Shown piece by piece: positions 38,793-47,285 of a stretch of DNA of 64,000 bases (position 1 is its first letter; every line of letters starts with the position of its first letter). The stretch comes from a virus (Duplodnaviria > Caudoviricetes). Location of the stretch: IMG/VR virus record IMGVR_UViG_3300044624_001881, positions 293-64,292 of that record; one strand, written 5' to 3'. The notes under the pieces are model-generated. The model made no database searches and was not told where the DNA came from. It saw only the letters and a program-made list of their open reading frames with translations. The position numbers were made by a program, and so were the translations under genes.

Positions 38793-39684
38793 TTCTATAC
38801 CAATCTAAAAGTCCTTTATAACCGTTGCAACTATTTTCAAGATTATCAACATAACGATAATGCTCGGTTAAACAATTACCATAATACTTGCACTGCTTAC
38901 AAATGTCGCTAATAGTTTCTTTTTCTTTTTGAGTCCATTGGATATATTCATCCCATGATTCTAGCTCTAAGAAATATTCTTTATCATATTTATCGAACTC
39001 AAGTACACCAAATTTTCCATTCGGTGTTATGTAAATATGATTATCAGAGAAAGCGTTATACACACCTTCGTATGAATCTCGAATTCTATCTTCATTTATA
39101 AAATGAAACTTTTTCGGAGTAAAAGCTGTTAACCATTTTATAACAAAGTTTTCATAATCTTTATGTGTAACATTATATGAATTCGCTTGGTTTATAGAAT
39201 ATGGTTTAATTTCAACTGAGTCTATAGAAGAACACGTGTTTAACATATTAATCATCTCTTCTACATCCATCTCAAGAACTTGAGGTGAAGCAAGTATCAA
39301 TACTGCGATAGGAACTGGAGACATGAGCATATTTTTATAAACGAGCTCAGACTTTTCTCGTGCAGCAAAGTCATATGACACTGAGAGATACATGTCTTCT
39401 TCGTAAAATCCTTCATGTATCATAGAGTAATTCGTTATCACGTTGATCTCTCCATCGTAATGTTTACGAATTACATCTTTCATTGAATAGAAGTAATCTT
39501 TCTTGAGCGCACCAATCTCACCACCATAAAGATCGATGTGTTCTATAGAAGGAACTTGGCTTAACAGTTCATCGAGTCTGTCTAATTCTATCTTCTTTGT
39601 ATCACGAAGTTGTGATTCGGTCAGATAACAAAAGCTACAATTAAAGTTGCAGAAGTAAGAGGGGTTGATACTTACTGTGTACAT
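38773..39684 (-). CDS. Radical SAM protein with partial C-terminal Cys-rich (SPASM-like) extension
   Basis: CNFNCSFC (CX3CX2C), 'LYGGE', and C-terminal 'CKQCKYYGNC...SC'. Confidence 0.85.
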   Translation of the reverse strand: MYTVSINPSYFCNFNCSFCYLTESQLRDTKKIELDRLDELLSQVPSIEHIDLYGGEIGALKKDYFYSMKDVIRKHYDGEINVITNYSMIHEGFYEEDMYLSVSYDFAAREKSELVYKNMLMSPVPIAVLILASPQVLEMDVEEMINMLNTCSSIDSVEIKPYSINQANSYNVTHKDYENFVIKWLTAFTPKKFHFINEDRIRDSYEGVYNAFSDNHIYITPNGKFGVLEFDKYDKEYFLELESWDEYIQWTQKEKETISDICKQCKYYGNCLTEHYRYVDNLENSCNGYKGLLDWYRNARVEN

Positions 39685-40709
39685 GATTCATCCACATATG
39701 GAGTTGGTTCTAAATTGATACCATTAGCTCTAATAATCTCTGGTGCAAGTTGTTTCATATGTCGGCAGTGATCTTCAACCATACCAAAATTCTTTAAATC
39801 TTTTACTGTCTTTCTACAACCGTTGCATATCTCAAACATTGGACATGTAAAGCAAGATTTTTTTAACGACAACAAATTTAAATCATCAGTTAATGGTGTA
39901 GAGAACCCGCCAGCCATCTCATATTCAAAGTCTATAGCTTTATCACGATCATCACCAAATGACCCACACGAATAGTAATCACCTTCAGGATTTATATTAC
40001 GTATGGTAGAATCGCATGTACGACTTTGCGGGCATATAGTATTTTTACCACTTAAACGTTTTAACATTTGTTGAGTGTTAAATTCCCAAGGAGCTAAACC
40101 AGCTTTCCAGATCTCAACATATTTTTCATAGATCTTCGATAGTCTATACGGCTTATCTTGATCTCCGCTTGCCATAGCGTAGTTAACTTTACATATCACA
40201 TTCATTCTTTTTGCTAATTCAACTGTTTGAATAACAGTATCTTCGTTTTCTTCAGTGATAACCGCAAGAAACGTAGGACGATATCCGATGTGTTCAAGCA
40301 TAGCATTAGAAGCATTCCAAAAATCTTCTTCACTAAATACAGAATAATCGCCTTTAAGTCTACCATTCCCGTACTGAAAAGAAGTTGCAATACCTACACG
40401 TGGATGCAAGAACAATGGTTTCCACTTTGCTATATTCTTATAGAAAGGCCAAAGGTTTGTGGTGAGTGATACTGTAGCAGGATAATCGTTATCTTCGAGA
40501 TGCTTAATGAGTCTCCAGTAATAAGCTGGACTCATCATTAATGGGTCACCACCATTTACGATGATAGTGTTTGTGTTTGGGTATCTTTTGAGAAAACGAA
40601 AGACGCGCTCAAGATCAAGTTGGGATGTGTGTTCTTCTGATATCTTTGTTGATGAGCAGAAAGTACACTTGAAGTTACACACTTCAGTGGGCTTAATAAT
40701 TAAATCCAT
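39672..40709 (-). CDS. Radical SAM/SPASM-domain protein (peptide/protein maturase-like)
   Basis: 'IIKPTEVCNFKCTFC', 'NGGDPL', and SPASM-type 'CPQSRTC..INPEGDYYSC' and 'CFTCPMFEICNGC..HC'. Confidence 0.9.
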   Translation of the reverse strand: MDLIIKPTEVCNFKCTFCSSTKISEEHTSQLDLERVFRFLKRYPNTNTIIVNGGDPLMMSPAYYWRLIKHLEDNDYPATVSLTTNLWPFYKNIAKWKPLFLHPRVGIATSFQYGNGRLKGDYSVFSEEDFWNASNAMLEHIGYRPTFLAVITEENEDTVIQTVELAKRMNVICKVNYAMASGDQDKPYRLSKIYEKYVEIWKAGLAPWEFNTQQMLKRLSGKNTICPQSRTCDSTIRNINPEGDYYSCGSFGDDRDKAIDFEYEMAGGFSTPLTDDLNLLSLKKSCFTCPMFEICNGCRKTVKDLKNFGMVEDHCRHMKQLAPEIIRANGINLEPTPYVDESCTQ

Positions 40710-41015
40710 TTATATATCAGCGTTAGGTTTATCTTTGCCATACTTGTAATTACATTCTCTAAAATATTGTGTCTTATCAATAGAATCAACACCTTCAATT
40801 TCACATAACCTACGATTAATAATACGAATCTCTTCTTTGAGAATCTGACCGTATGGTTCCATAACTTGAATCATATCCATATACATTTTATATTTCACGG
40901 GATCATTCTGAAAATCGTGCATTTTAGTGATCCAAACGTTGTATATTTCTGCGCACAGATCTCTTTCATCACCAAGATCTTTTTTCTTTTTTAATAGAGA
41001 TTCAATCTCGGTCAT
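40710..41015 (-). CDS. Hypothetical helical protein (101 aa)
   Basis: Sits inside the operon, overlapping the upstream gene and abutting the downstream gene. Confidence 0.6.
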   Translation of the reverse strand: MTEIESLLKKKKDLGDERDLCAEIYNVWITKMHDFQNDPVKYKMYMDMIQVMEPYGQILKEEIRIINRRLCEIEGVDSIDKTQYFRECNYKYGKDKPNADI

Positions 41016-41529
41016 CTTCTAATCCTACACTATAATCAAAGCTAGCAAGTCTACGAGTGATTTTTGTTGACTCTGCTCTATGCCAGAATCCACGACAGTT
41101 ATTCACCATAAAAAGATCTCCAGCTTGTGGATAGAATTGAGCAGTTTCTTCTCTACCATCTTCATTATACCATTTAAAGTTAATTGATCCGCCGGTCTCA
41201 GGTTTTTGTGTATCAAAGTAATACAAGAAGAATACGTCATATCCTTCAAACATATCTGTGTGCCAACCTTGGTTGTCGGCATCAACTCCGTCCCAAACTA
41301 GAAATTTATTATACTTTGCGTCTGGCCATTCGGGAAGAATATACTTTGTTGTTATATACTGAGCAAACGTGTACATTCGCTTAGTCAGTTCTGGACTAAC
41401 ATCCTTCTCACCGTTATCACGGGCACGCTCTTCAACATTAAGAAGTCTAAATTCAGATATATTTATTAGGTCAAGAGCTCCTGGTTCACTTAACTTAACA
41501 AAACCTTTGGTGTAGATATCTTTAATCAT
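41002..41529 (-). CDS. 2OG-Fe(II) oxygenase
   Basis: 'GWHTD' (HxD), 'GGSI.F', 'P..GDL', 'FWHRAE' (distal His), 'RRLASF' (2OG-binding Arg). Confidence 0.8.
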   Translation of the reverse strand: MIKDIYTKGFVKLSEPGALDLINISEFRLLNVEERARDNGEKDVSPELTKRMYTFAQYITTKYILPEWPDAKYNKFLVWDGVDADNQGWHTDMFEGYDVFFLYYFDTQKPETGGSINFKWYNEDGREETAQFYPQAGDLFMVNNCRGFWHRAESTKITRRLASFDYSVGLEDDRD

Positions 41530-43274
41530 GCTGCGCTCTCGACATAAAGTTGTTTAAATAATTCAGATATTATGATTGGCTTATATTTAGATAATAGGTT
41601 ATTAATAGTTTGATTTCTAAGTACACCATCTAATCTTTTAATGTTTTTAGAAGGAGTGTTTGGATTTAATATATCAGCGATCTCGTTGTGTATCGGTTGA
41701 AAATCATTAAGAGAAGAGATTATACCGTAACACATTTTACCAAAATTGCTAGGTGTTGTGTCGTTTTCAAACAAATGATATATTTCTTTTAATAGTGTAT
41801 TACCAGCGATATTCATAAACCACATTTCACACATATCTGCATAACTATAAGAATAACAAGAGGAAATTGTTTTAAATCTATTTCTTTTTGATTTATAGAA
41901 ACTTAACTGATTATCAACACCTTCTTCATCGATAAGATCTGTATATACTTCAACTAATTGAATATTATACTTCTTAATGTAGTCTGGTTTTGTTAAATCT
42001 GAATCTGGCAAAAACATGTAGTCATGTCTAAAGCTACTCCAAGATTTAAAGTTCCATAAGATATCGAATTCTCTATAGAAATCATCTTTAGTACTTCCAG
42101 GCATTCCTAAAATTAATTCTAATGCTGGGACTGGGTATCCTTGCTCGTGGCATTTCTTATTAATATGTTCACTTAATTTTAGTTTATCTTCTAATTTTAA
42201 GTCAACTCTTGCAGCGACTTTCATTGCTTCTTCACTAACACTTTGAAGACTAACAGTTGGTACAACACTGATATATGACGTACCTTCATTAGTTTTTGCT
42301 AAATACTCGCCGTCGCCATGTGCAAGTATAAAACCAACTTCTTTTTTGGTAATGGCACTGCTATGTATTTCAGGACCAGTTCCAACGACATTAAAACACG
42401 CGTCAACAAGGCTGATTCGTCTGGCTAGATCTTTACTTTTCATCGTGCTAATGTCAGTTAGATTAGCCTTATTATCATACGCAAATTTAAAGATTTCCAT
42501 ATCTCGTTCAACAAAAGCACCAAAGTTTGCATCCGTAAGATACATATCTCTAAAGCCAGCATCTCTAAGTGCAAGTATATCTTGCTTTACTATATCAGTT
42601 GGCTTTTTATATACCTTTGAACCAATACCTCCGCCCCACTCGCAGAAGCTGCAGCTGTATGGACATCCTCTTGTAGTTTCTAAGATACAAAACGGTTCAA
42701 GATAATTGCTCTGTGCATAAGTTCTTGTTTCTTTTAAGTAATCAAAGTGTTCACTATATACACTGTAGTCTTGCATAAACTGAGGGCAAGTCTTTTTACT
42801 ATTAAGCTCCCACGACAAATCTTCTCGGCGAGGCTGCTTATTATTCTCAAAATAAGAATCTATTAAATCTTTTACAAACTCTTCTCCAGGCTTAGTCGGC
42901 TTTAATATAAAGTCGTATGCTGGTCTAGAGTTTAAAAATTCAGGATCGTTTGTGCCGATCTGCGGGCCACCCAATACACAAATGGCATTTGGATTGATTT
43001 GTTTGACTAGAGAACACAATGAGTCGCATATATCGTAATTCCAGATATAGCTTGAGAATAAAAAGATGTCTGCATCCTTTACTTCTTCGTGTATATCTTC
43101 AATTGATTCATAAGCATTAAATTTATATGGTGCTGGGATCCAATTGACTTGATCATTGAACTTACCATATCTTTTATAATGACTCTGAAACATTAAATAC
43201 GCAGCGTTATTTGCTAAACACCAATCAGCATGTGGCGGGTTTATAAACGCAATATTAATTTTTTGATTTAACAT
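41526..43274 (-). CDS. Cobalamin (B12)-binding-domain radical SAM enzyme (class B methyltransferase-like)
   Basis: N-terminal Rossmann-like 'IAFINPP..FSSYIWN..VLGGPQ', then 'ETTRGCPYSCSFCEWG', 'DANFG' and 'ELILGMPG'. The ORF track starts at 43304; the ATG at 43274 is the more likely start. Confidence 0.85.
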   Translation of the reverse strand: MLNQKINIAFINPPHADWCLANNAAYLMFQSHYKRYGKFNDQVNWIPAPYKFNAYESIEDIHEEVKDADIFLFSSYIWNYDICDSLCSLVKQINPNAICVLGGPQIGTNDPEFLNSRPAYDFILKPTKPGEEFVKDLIDSYFENNKQPRREDLSWELNSKKTCPQFMQDYSVYSEHFDYLKETRTYAQSNYLEPFCILETTRGCPYSCSFCEWGGGIGSKVYKKPTDIVKQDILALRDAGFRDMYLTDANFGAFVERDMEIFKFAYDNKANLTDISTMKSKDLARRISLVDACFNVVGTGPEIHSSAITKKEVGFILAHGDGEYLAKTNEGTSYISVVPTVSLQSVSEEAMKVAARVDLKLEDKLKLSEHINKKCHEQGYPVPALELILGMPGSTKDDFYREFDILWNFKSWSSFRHDYMFLPDSDLTKPDYIKKYNIQLVEVYTDLIDEEGVDNQLSFYKSKRNRFKTISSCYSYSYADMCEMWFMNIAGNTLLKEIYHLFENDTTPSNFGKMCYGIISSLNDFQPIHNEIADILNPNTPSKNIKRLDGVLRNQTINNLLSKYKPIIISELFKQLYVESAA

Positions 43275-44265
43275 ACCTAAACGTCTCTTTAAAAACACAT
43301 TCACCTAGATCTCTTTTTATCTTAGAGTAATCATTCTTTATGAAGCATGTAAATGGACACTTTTTATAGAATTCGCACTCGAAGCAATTATATTTATTAA
43401 TAAATTTCTCGACAATTGCACCAGAGAACAAATCATTCGAGGATGGATTTTTAAGGAATAATGAACCAGAACACCCTGTTGGTACAGGACCAGTTGGTAA
43501 CATAGTATAACTGTTACCTCTAGTACATGACATCTTATTAGTTGGATTATCTTCAGTAAAGTATGCTATATTTATGCAGTCAGGATAGTTATCAACGAGA
43601 TGCTTGTAGAATGATAACATTTCTGTTTCACTGGGCATTAAAGCTTCAGAAGTATCAACTGCAGGAATAAGCGAGTCAAAATCGCAAGGAAAACGTTGAT
43701 AAAGATAATCAAAATACTTATCGCCATTGATAATGGCTTTCATGCTCTGTTTTGTTGCAACGCAGCTAATCATTCGAATACGATCACTTAACAAAACTAC
43801 ATTCTGTTTAAATTTCTCGAATTGTTGCTGGTTAAATCTTCCAGTAGGATCGTACGACACAGACACAATATAATCATGCTCTTCTAAGAATGATTTGATG
43901 GCGTCTACGTTGTCAAACAATAGATTAGTAATAAAATTGGCTTCAACAAATTTATCACCAGAAATTTTATTGCGAATATCTACTATAAACTGTTGATAGA
44001 TATCAAGAAAACCTCGGTCTATCCAACGATCTTGGAATAGTTCTCCACCCATTAAGTGTATCTTAAAATGTGTTGATCTTTTATTGCTGTTGATCCAAGC
44101 GGCAATGTTATCAGCCTTAGCTAAGATTTCTTCTCTGCTAGCTCCGACAATTGAGTTGTGGTCTTGAGGACAGAATACACATGCTAAATTGCAGTGTTCA
44201 AATAAGCATACGACTATTTCAGCATAATTAATGACCTTTTGGTCAATCAAATTGTATATACTCAC
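43255..44265 (-). CDS. Radical SAM protein with SPASM-like Cys-rich C-terminus
   Basis: 'HCNLACVFC', 'LMGGELF', 'SCTRG..TGC' and 'CFECEFYKKCPFTC..EC'. Confidence 0.85.
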   Translation of the reverse strand: MSIYNLIDQKVINYAEIVVCLFEHCNLACVFCPQDHNSIVGASREEILAKADNIAAWINSNKRSTHFKIHLMGGELFQDRWIDRGFLDIYQQFIVDIRNKISGDKFVEANFITNLLFDNVDAIKSFLEEHDYIVSVSYDPTGRFNQQQFEKFKQNVVLLSDRIRMISCVATKQSMKAIINGDKYFDYLYQRFPCDFDSLIPAVDTSEALMPSETEMLSFYKHLVDNYPDCINIAYFTEDNPTNKMSCTRGNSYTMLPTGPVPTGCSGSLFLKNPSSNDLFSGAIVEKFINKYNCFECEFYKKCPFTCFIKNDYSKIKRDLGECVFKETFRYVKSKN

Positions 44266-44744
44266 TTTATTGCCGGAATTGTAAACTCGAATGATAAGAG
44301 TCTTCTAGGACCACTAAGATGGGTTGCTCTATGCTGAAACTTTTTATTTTGATTTAACCATACAAACTGATTCTTGTTAGGATATATTTTAAATTCCTCA
44401 GTCGGTGTTTTAATCTCAATAGAATTACCATGTAGCTCGCCATCATCGAGATATATTAAAAAATTGCTATTGAATTCTTCATTGCTATCATTGTGCCAAT
44501 CACTGGACATGTTATCTACACCGGTCCACATACCTCGTTCACCAATAGAATATTCGTCAAATAATGATGAAACATACTTTTTAGCTACATGTCGATGCAA
44601 TATATCAAGCAACTCTACAGCTTCTTCTTCAAGCTCTGCTTCACCATTATTACAATCAGGAAATTCAAATTTTTTAAATAAGAATGCTGCGTCTAATGTT
44701 AAAAAATCACTTGTAAATCCATTAATTAAAAAATTATTAATCAT
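44262..44744 (-). CDS. 2OG-Fe(II) oxygenase (paralogue of 41002-41529)
   Basis: 'W.GVD....DWHND..NFLIYLD..FQHRA....RRLLSFEF' aligns by eye with 'WDGVD..GWHTD..FFLYYFD..FWHRAE..RRLASFDY'. Confidence 0.75.
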   Translation of the reverse strand: MINNFLINGFTSDFLTLDAAFLFKKFEFPDCNNGEAELEEEAVELLDILHRHVAKKYVSSLFDEYSIGERGMWTGVDNMSSDWHNDSNEEFNSNFLIYLDDGELHGNSIEIKTPTEEFKIYPNKNQFVWLNQNKKFQHRATHLSGPRRLLSFEFTIPAIK

Positions 44745-44746
44745 TA

Positions 44747-45916
44747 TTACCTCAATGTATACTTAAAAAGTATTTCCTTATTTTCGTAATTTTGTAAAAG
44801 ATGATCGACAAAATATGTATTAACAGATCCTAAATCGATTGCATAAAATGCGCCAGCTGCATGATTGTGATGATGAAGTTCGTACTCTATAATCTTTTTC
44901 ATGTTTTCTACACTGATGATATCACTATCAGCAAAGAATGGAATAAAATCAAACTTATCAATTTCAGATCTTAAAACTGTATACCACTGCTCATCCGTCC
45001 AAACAGTACCAGTAACAATACTGTATTGTCTTAATACAGGTATGTCTGCAGCAGTAAAGTTGCGAAGATTAATAGTGCTAGTAGCAGAAGGAGCGTACAT
45101 AGAGGTTTTAGTAGTTCCCCAAACGTTTACTCTACACATTACTTCTATCATAGGTGCTGGGTCATTCGCCATATCATAGAAGTTGTCAAAAGTATACGGC
45201 CCGTTTTGAACTTGAAGAAGCTGCTGAAAAACCGGCTTTTGAAAATGAACAAGAAGAATTTCTTTGTGTTCGTAAAGAAACTTTTCTAAATCTTTTTTTA
45301 CTAAAGGTGACATCGATATTGCTAAGGCCTGTGCGTATCTTTCGTCGTACAAATACGAGGCTAATAAAAACTCAACACTTAGCATTGGTCTAATTGAATC
45401 GATAAACGAGTCAAAATTATCGCCAGTTGGAAGAGGATCTTGCGAATAACAGGTTAGGAATTTAGCTTCTTCTAACTGCCATGTTTCAGATATGCCATTA
45501 GCAAATCTTTGAGTGGCTGACATTCGGCTATTAACAAAGTTCTTTTCTTTAAACATGTGAGATTTAAAAAATTTCCAAGCGTCTGTATCAGAAGCATTCG
45601 GTAAAATTAATTTAAGCCATTGGCTGGCTAGATGATAATAAGAATCGTAATCGCAATATATGTAAAAAGGTCGCGAGTTTAATTCACTGCATTCTTTTGC
45701 TGCTATTAACAAATCTGTGAACGAAGCGTATGGAGCACCTTCTCCGAATAGTTCACCTACTGATTTAACAGAAGCTAAGATTTTTCCATAAAATACAACA
45801 GCTAAATCTTCATACGCATCAATACCACCGTTTTCTTGTGAGACTATAATACGATTTTGACTCATGCTTATCTTTTCATCAAAATCAAGATATATTTTAT
45901 TGAACAGGTGGAACAT
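44747..45916 (-). CDS. Hypothetical protein in the radical SAM operon (389 aa)
   Basis: Long ORF overlapping the upstream gene by 20 nt. No motif recognised. Confidence 0.7.
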   Translation of the reverse strand: MFHLFNKIYLDFDEKISMSQNRIIVSQENGGIDAYEDLAVVFYGKILASVKSVGELFGEGAPYASFTDLLIAAKECSELNSRPFYIYCDYDSYYHLASQWLKLILPNASDTDAWKFFKSHMFKEKNFVNSRMSATQRFANGISETWQLEEAKFLTCYSQDPLPTGDNFDSFIDSIRPMLSVEFLLASYLYDERYAQALAISMSPLVKKDLEKFLYEHKEILLVHFQKPVFQQLLQVQNGPYTFDNFYDMANDPAPMIEVMCRVNVWGTTKTSMYAPSATSTINLRNFTAADIPVLRQYSIVTGTVWTDEQWYTVLRSEIDKFDFIPFFADSDIISVENMKKIIEYELHHHNHAAGAFYAIDLGSVNTYFVDHLLQNYENKEILFKYTLR

Positions 45917-46631
45917 TTTCTAACTCCTGAATTTCTTTTTGAATTTCTAATAGTGATGTTGCAACACTAGCGTCATATTGTTCCTTAGTCACGATTCCAT
46001 TTGCTATACCCCAAGTTAAAAGGAACATGGGATTATTTTCATTAGCCCAGTACGAATAAAGATTCTGTCCTTTAAACATGTATTCGTTAAAGTACTTAGA
46101 ATAATATATTATATTTTCTTCCTTTATGTTTTCATAAAAGCTATAAAATTCTTCGTGCTTTAACAAGCTAACAAAATTGATACCTTCTGTAGAGTCGGTG
46201 TCATTAGTTGGTAGGCTTATAATCTGTTCTTTAATAGAATCATCATTGATGCAGTACATATTAAAAAGTATTAGAGAGTCTAATTTCTCTATCCACGAAT
46301 CTAACAAGTGACCATACTTTTCTACAACAGTGGGAGTAAAATTTTCTTTAAGACCTTTACGTTGTAATAGCATGTCGATTACTCTATATTCTAATGATGG
46401 AATATTAACAATATGAGTAAACTTTAGATAAGCTTCAACCATATCAAATAACGAATCATTTGTATCATATAAAATGTCGCAAGGAAGATCAAGATTACCT
46501 AGATATATTAATAGCTTTTCACCCTTAATATCAGAAATACCGTAGTCTATAATATACTTAGTGTCTTTGTCTTGAAAATAAAGTTTCAGGTCTTCAATAC
46601 CAATTGGTGCTTTTGTTGTAATAACATTCAT
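45897..46631 (-). CDS. Hypothetical protein in the radical SAM operon (244 aa)
   Basis: AGGA RBS. Directly follows the CH-repeat protein. No motif recognised. Confidence 0.7.
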   Translation of the reverse strand: MNVITTKAPIGIEDLKLYFQDKDTKYIIDYGISDIKGEKLLIYLGNLDLPCDILYDTNDSLFDMVEAYLKFTHIVNIPSLEYRVIDMLLQRKGLKENFTPTVVEKYGHLLDSWIEKLDSLILFNMYCINDDSIKEQIISLPTNDTDSTEGINFVSLLKHEEFYSFYENIKEENIIYYSKYFNEYMFKGQNLYSYWANENNPMFLLTWGIANGIVTKEQYDASVATSLLEIQKEIQELENVPPVQ

Positions 46632-46643
46632 AATATAGATTCC

Positions 46644-47285
46644 TTATCTGCGGCCGCGAGACACATGGCAGTTGTTATGGCAAGAAGCATGACAAACGTT
46701 CACTTGCTGTGTATGAACGGTTGCTCGAGCAGTGTTATACGCGGTTCTTAAATTTGTGAAGAATGCTTCTAGATTTGCGGTGTTAATTAGAGAAACACCG
46801 TCATTTGCTATACCAGTAGATACGGTTCCAGCAAGGCCTTGTAAATAAGATGTATTTAAATTTGAAACGTTAGTACTGTCACGAATAATGCCGGGTCCTT
46901 GTCCAGTAATAGGGCCCAAGTCTGTTCTTACGTTGTTTCCTGTGCCATTACCAGTAGGACGAGGAGTAATAAACCCGGTTCCAGTAATAAACAGAATAGC
47001 TCTCATATTACGAATACGTGTAAAAGTTGCTGTTTCAGTTCTTAAAACGTTTATAATTGTAGAGGCGGTAATTAGACCAGTTGGCCCGCCTATGCTAGTT
47101 CCGTTAATACCTATGCCTTTACCGCTAGCGTTTCCACCAAAGATGTTTGGAAAATATCCTGAGTAAACATCGAATGGAAAAGCGCCGCTGTGCCACACAA
47201 TTCCAGCATTTGCACTAGCTACGACGTAATCGGCAAATCTATCTACAATGTTTTGTGCGTTAATGTTATTTGTAAGTACTGCCAT
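46644..47285 (-). CDS. Putative modification substrate: virion-like Gly/Asn/Thr-rich protein with C-terminal (CHxx)3-RGRR tail
   Basis: 213 aa. Its only three Cys lie in the terminal 'CHASCHNNCHVSRGRR'. Located directly after a radical SAM/SPASM gene. Confidence 0.7.
   Translation of the reverse strand: MAVLTNNINAQNIVDRFADYVVASANAGIVWHSGAFPFDVYSGYFPNIFGGNASGKGIGINGTSIGGPTGLITASTIINVLRTETATFTRIRNMRAILFITGTGFITPRPTGNGTGNNVRTDLGPITGQGPGIIRDSTNVSNLNTSYLQGLAGTVSTGIANDGVSLINTANLEAFFTNLRTAYNTARATVHTQQVNVCHASCHNNCHVSRGRR

Noticed and set aside
46650-46657. GC-only palindrome GCGGCCGC in an AT-rich genome
   Set aside because: It is explained by the Arg-Gly-Arg codons of the RGRR tail.
46647-46694. 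CHASCH/CHNNCH as c-type heme-binding motifs
   Set aside because: The spacing is CX3CH rather than canonical CX2CH, the motifs share Cys residues, and there is no signal peptide or cytochrome c maturation gene. Kept only as a remote alternative.
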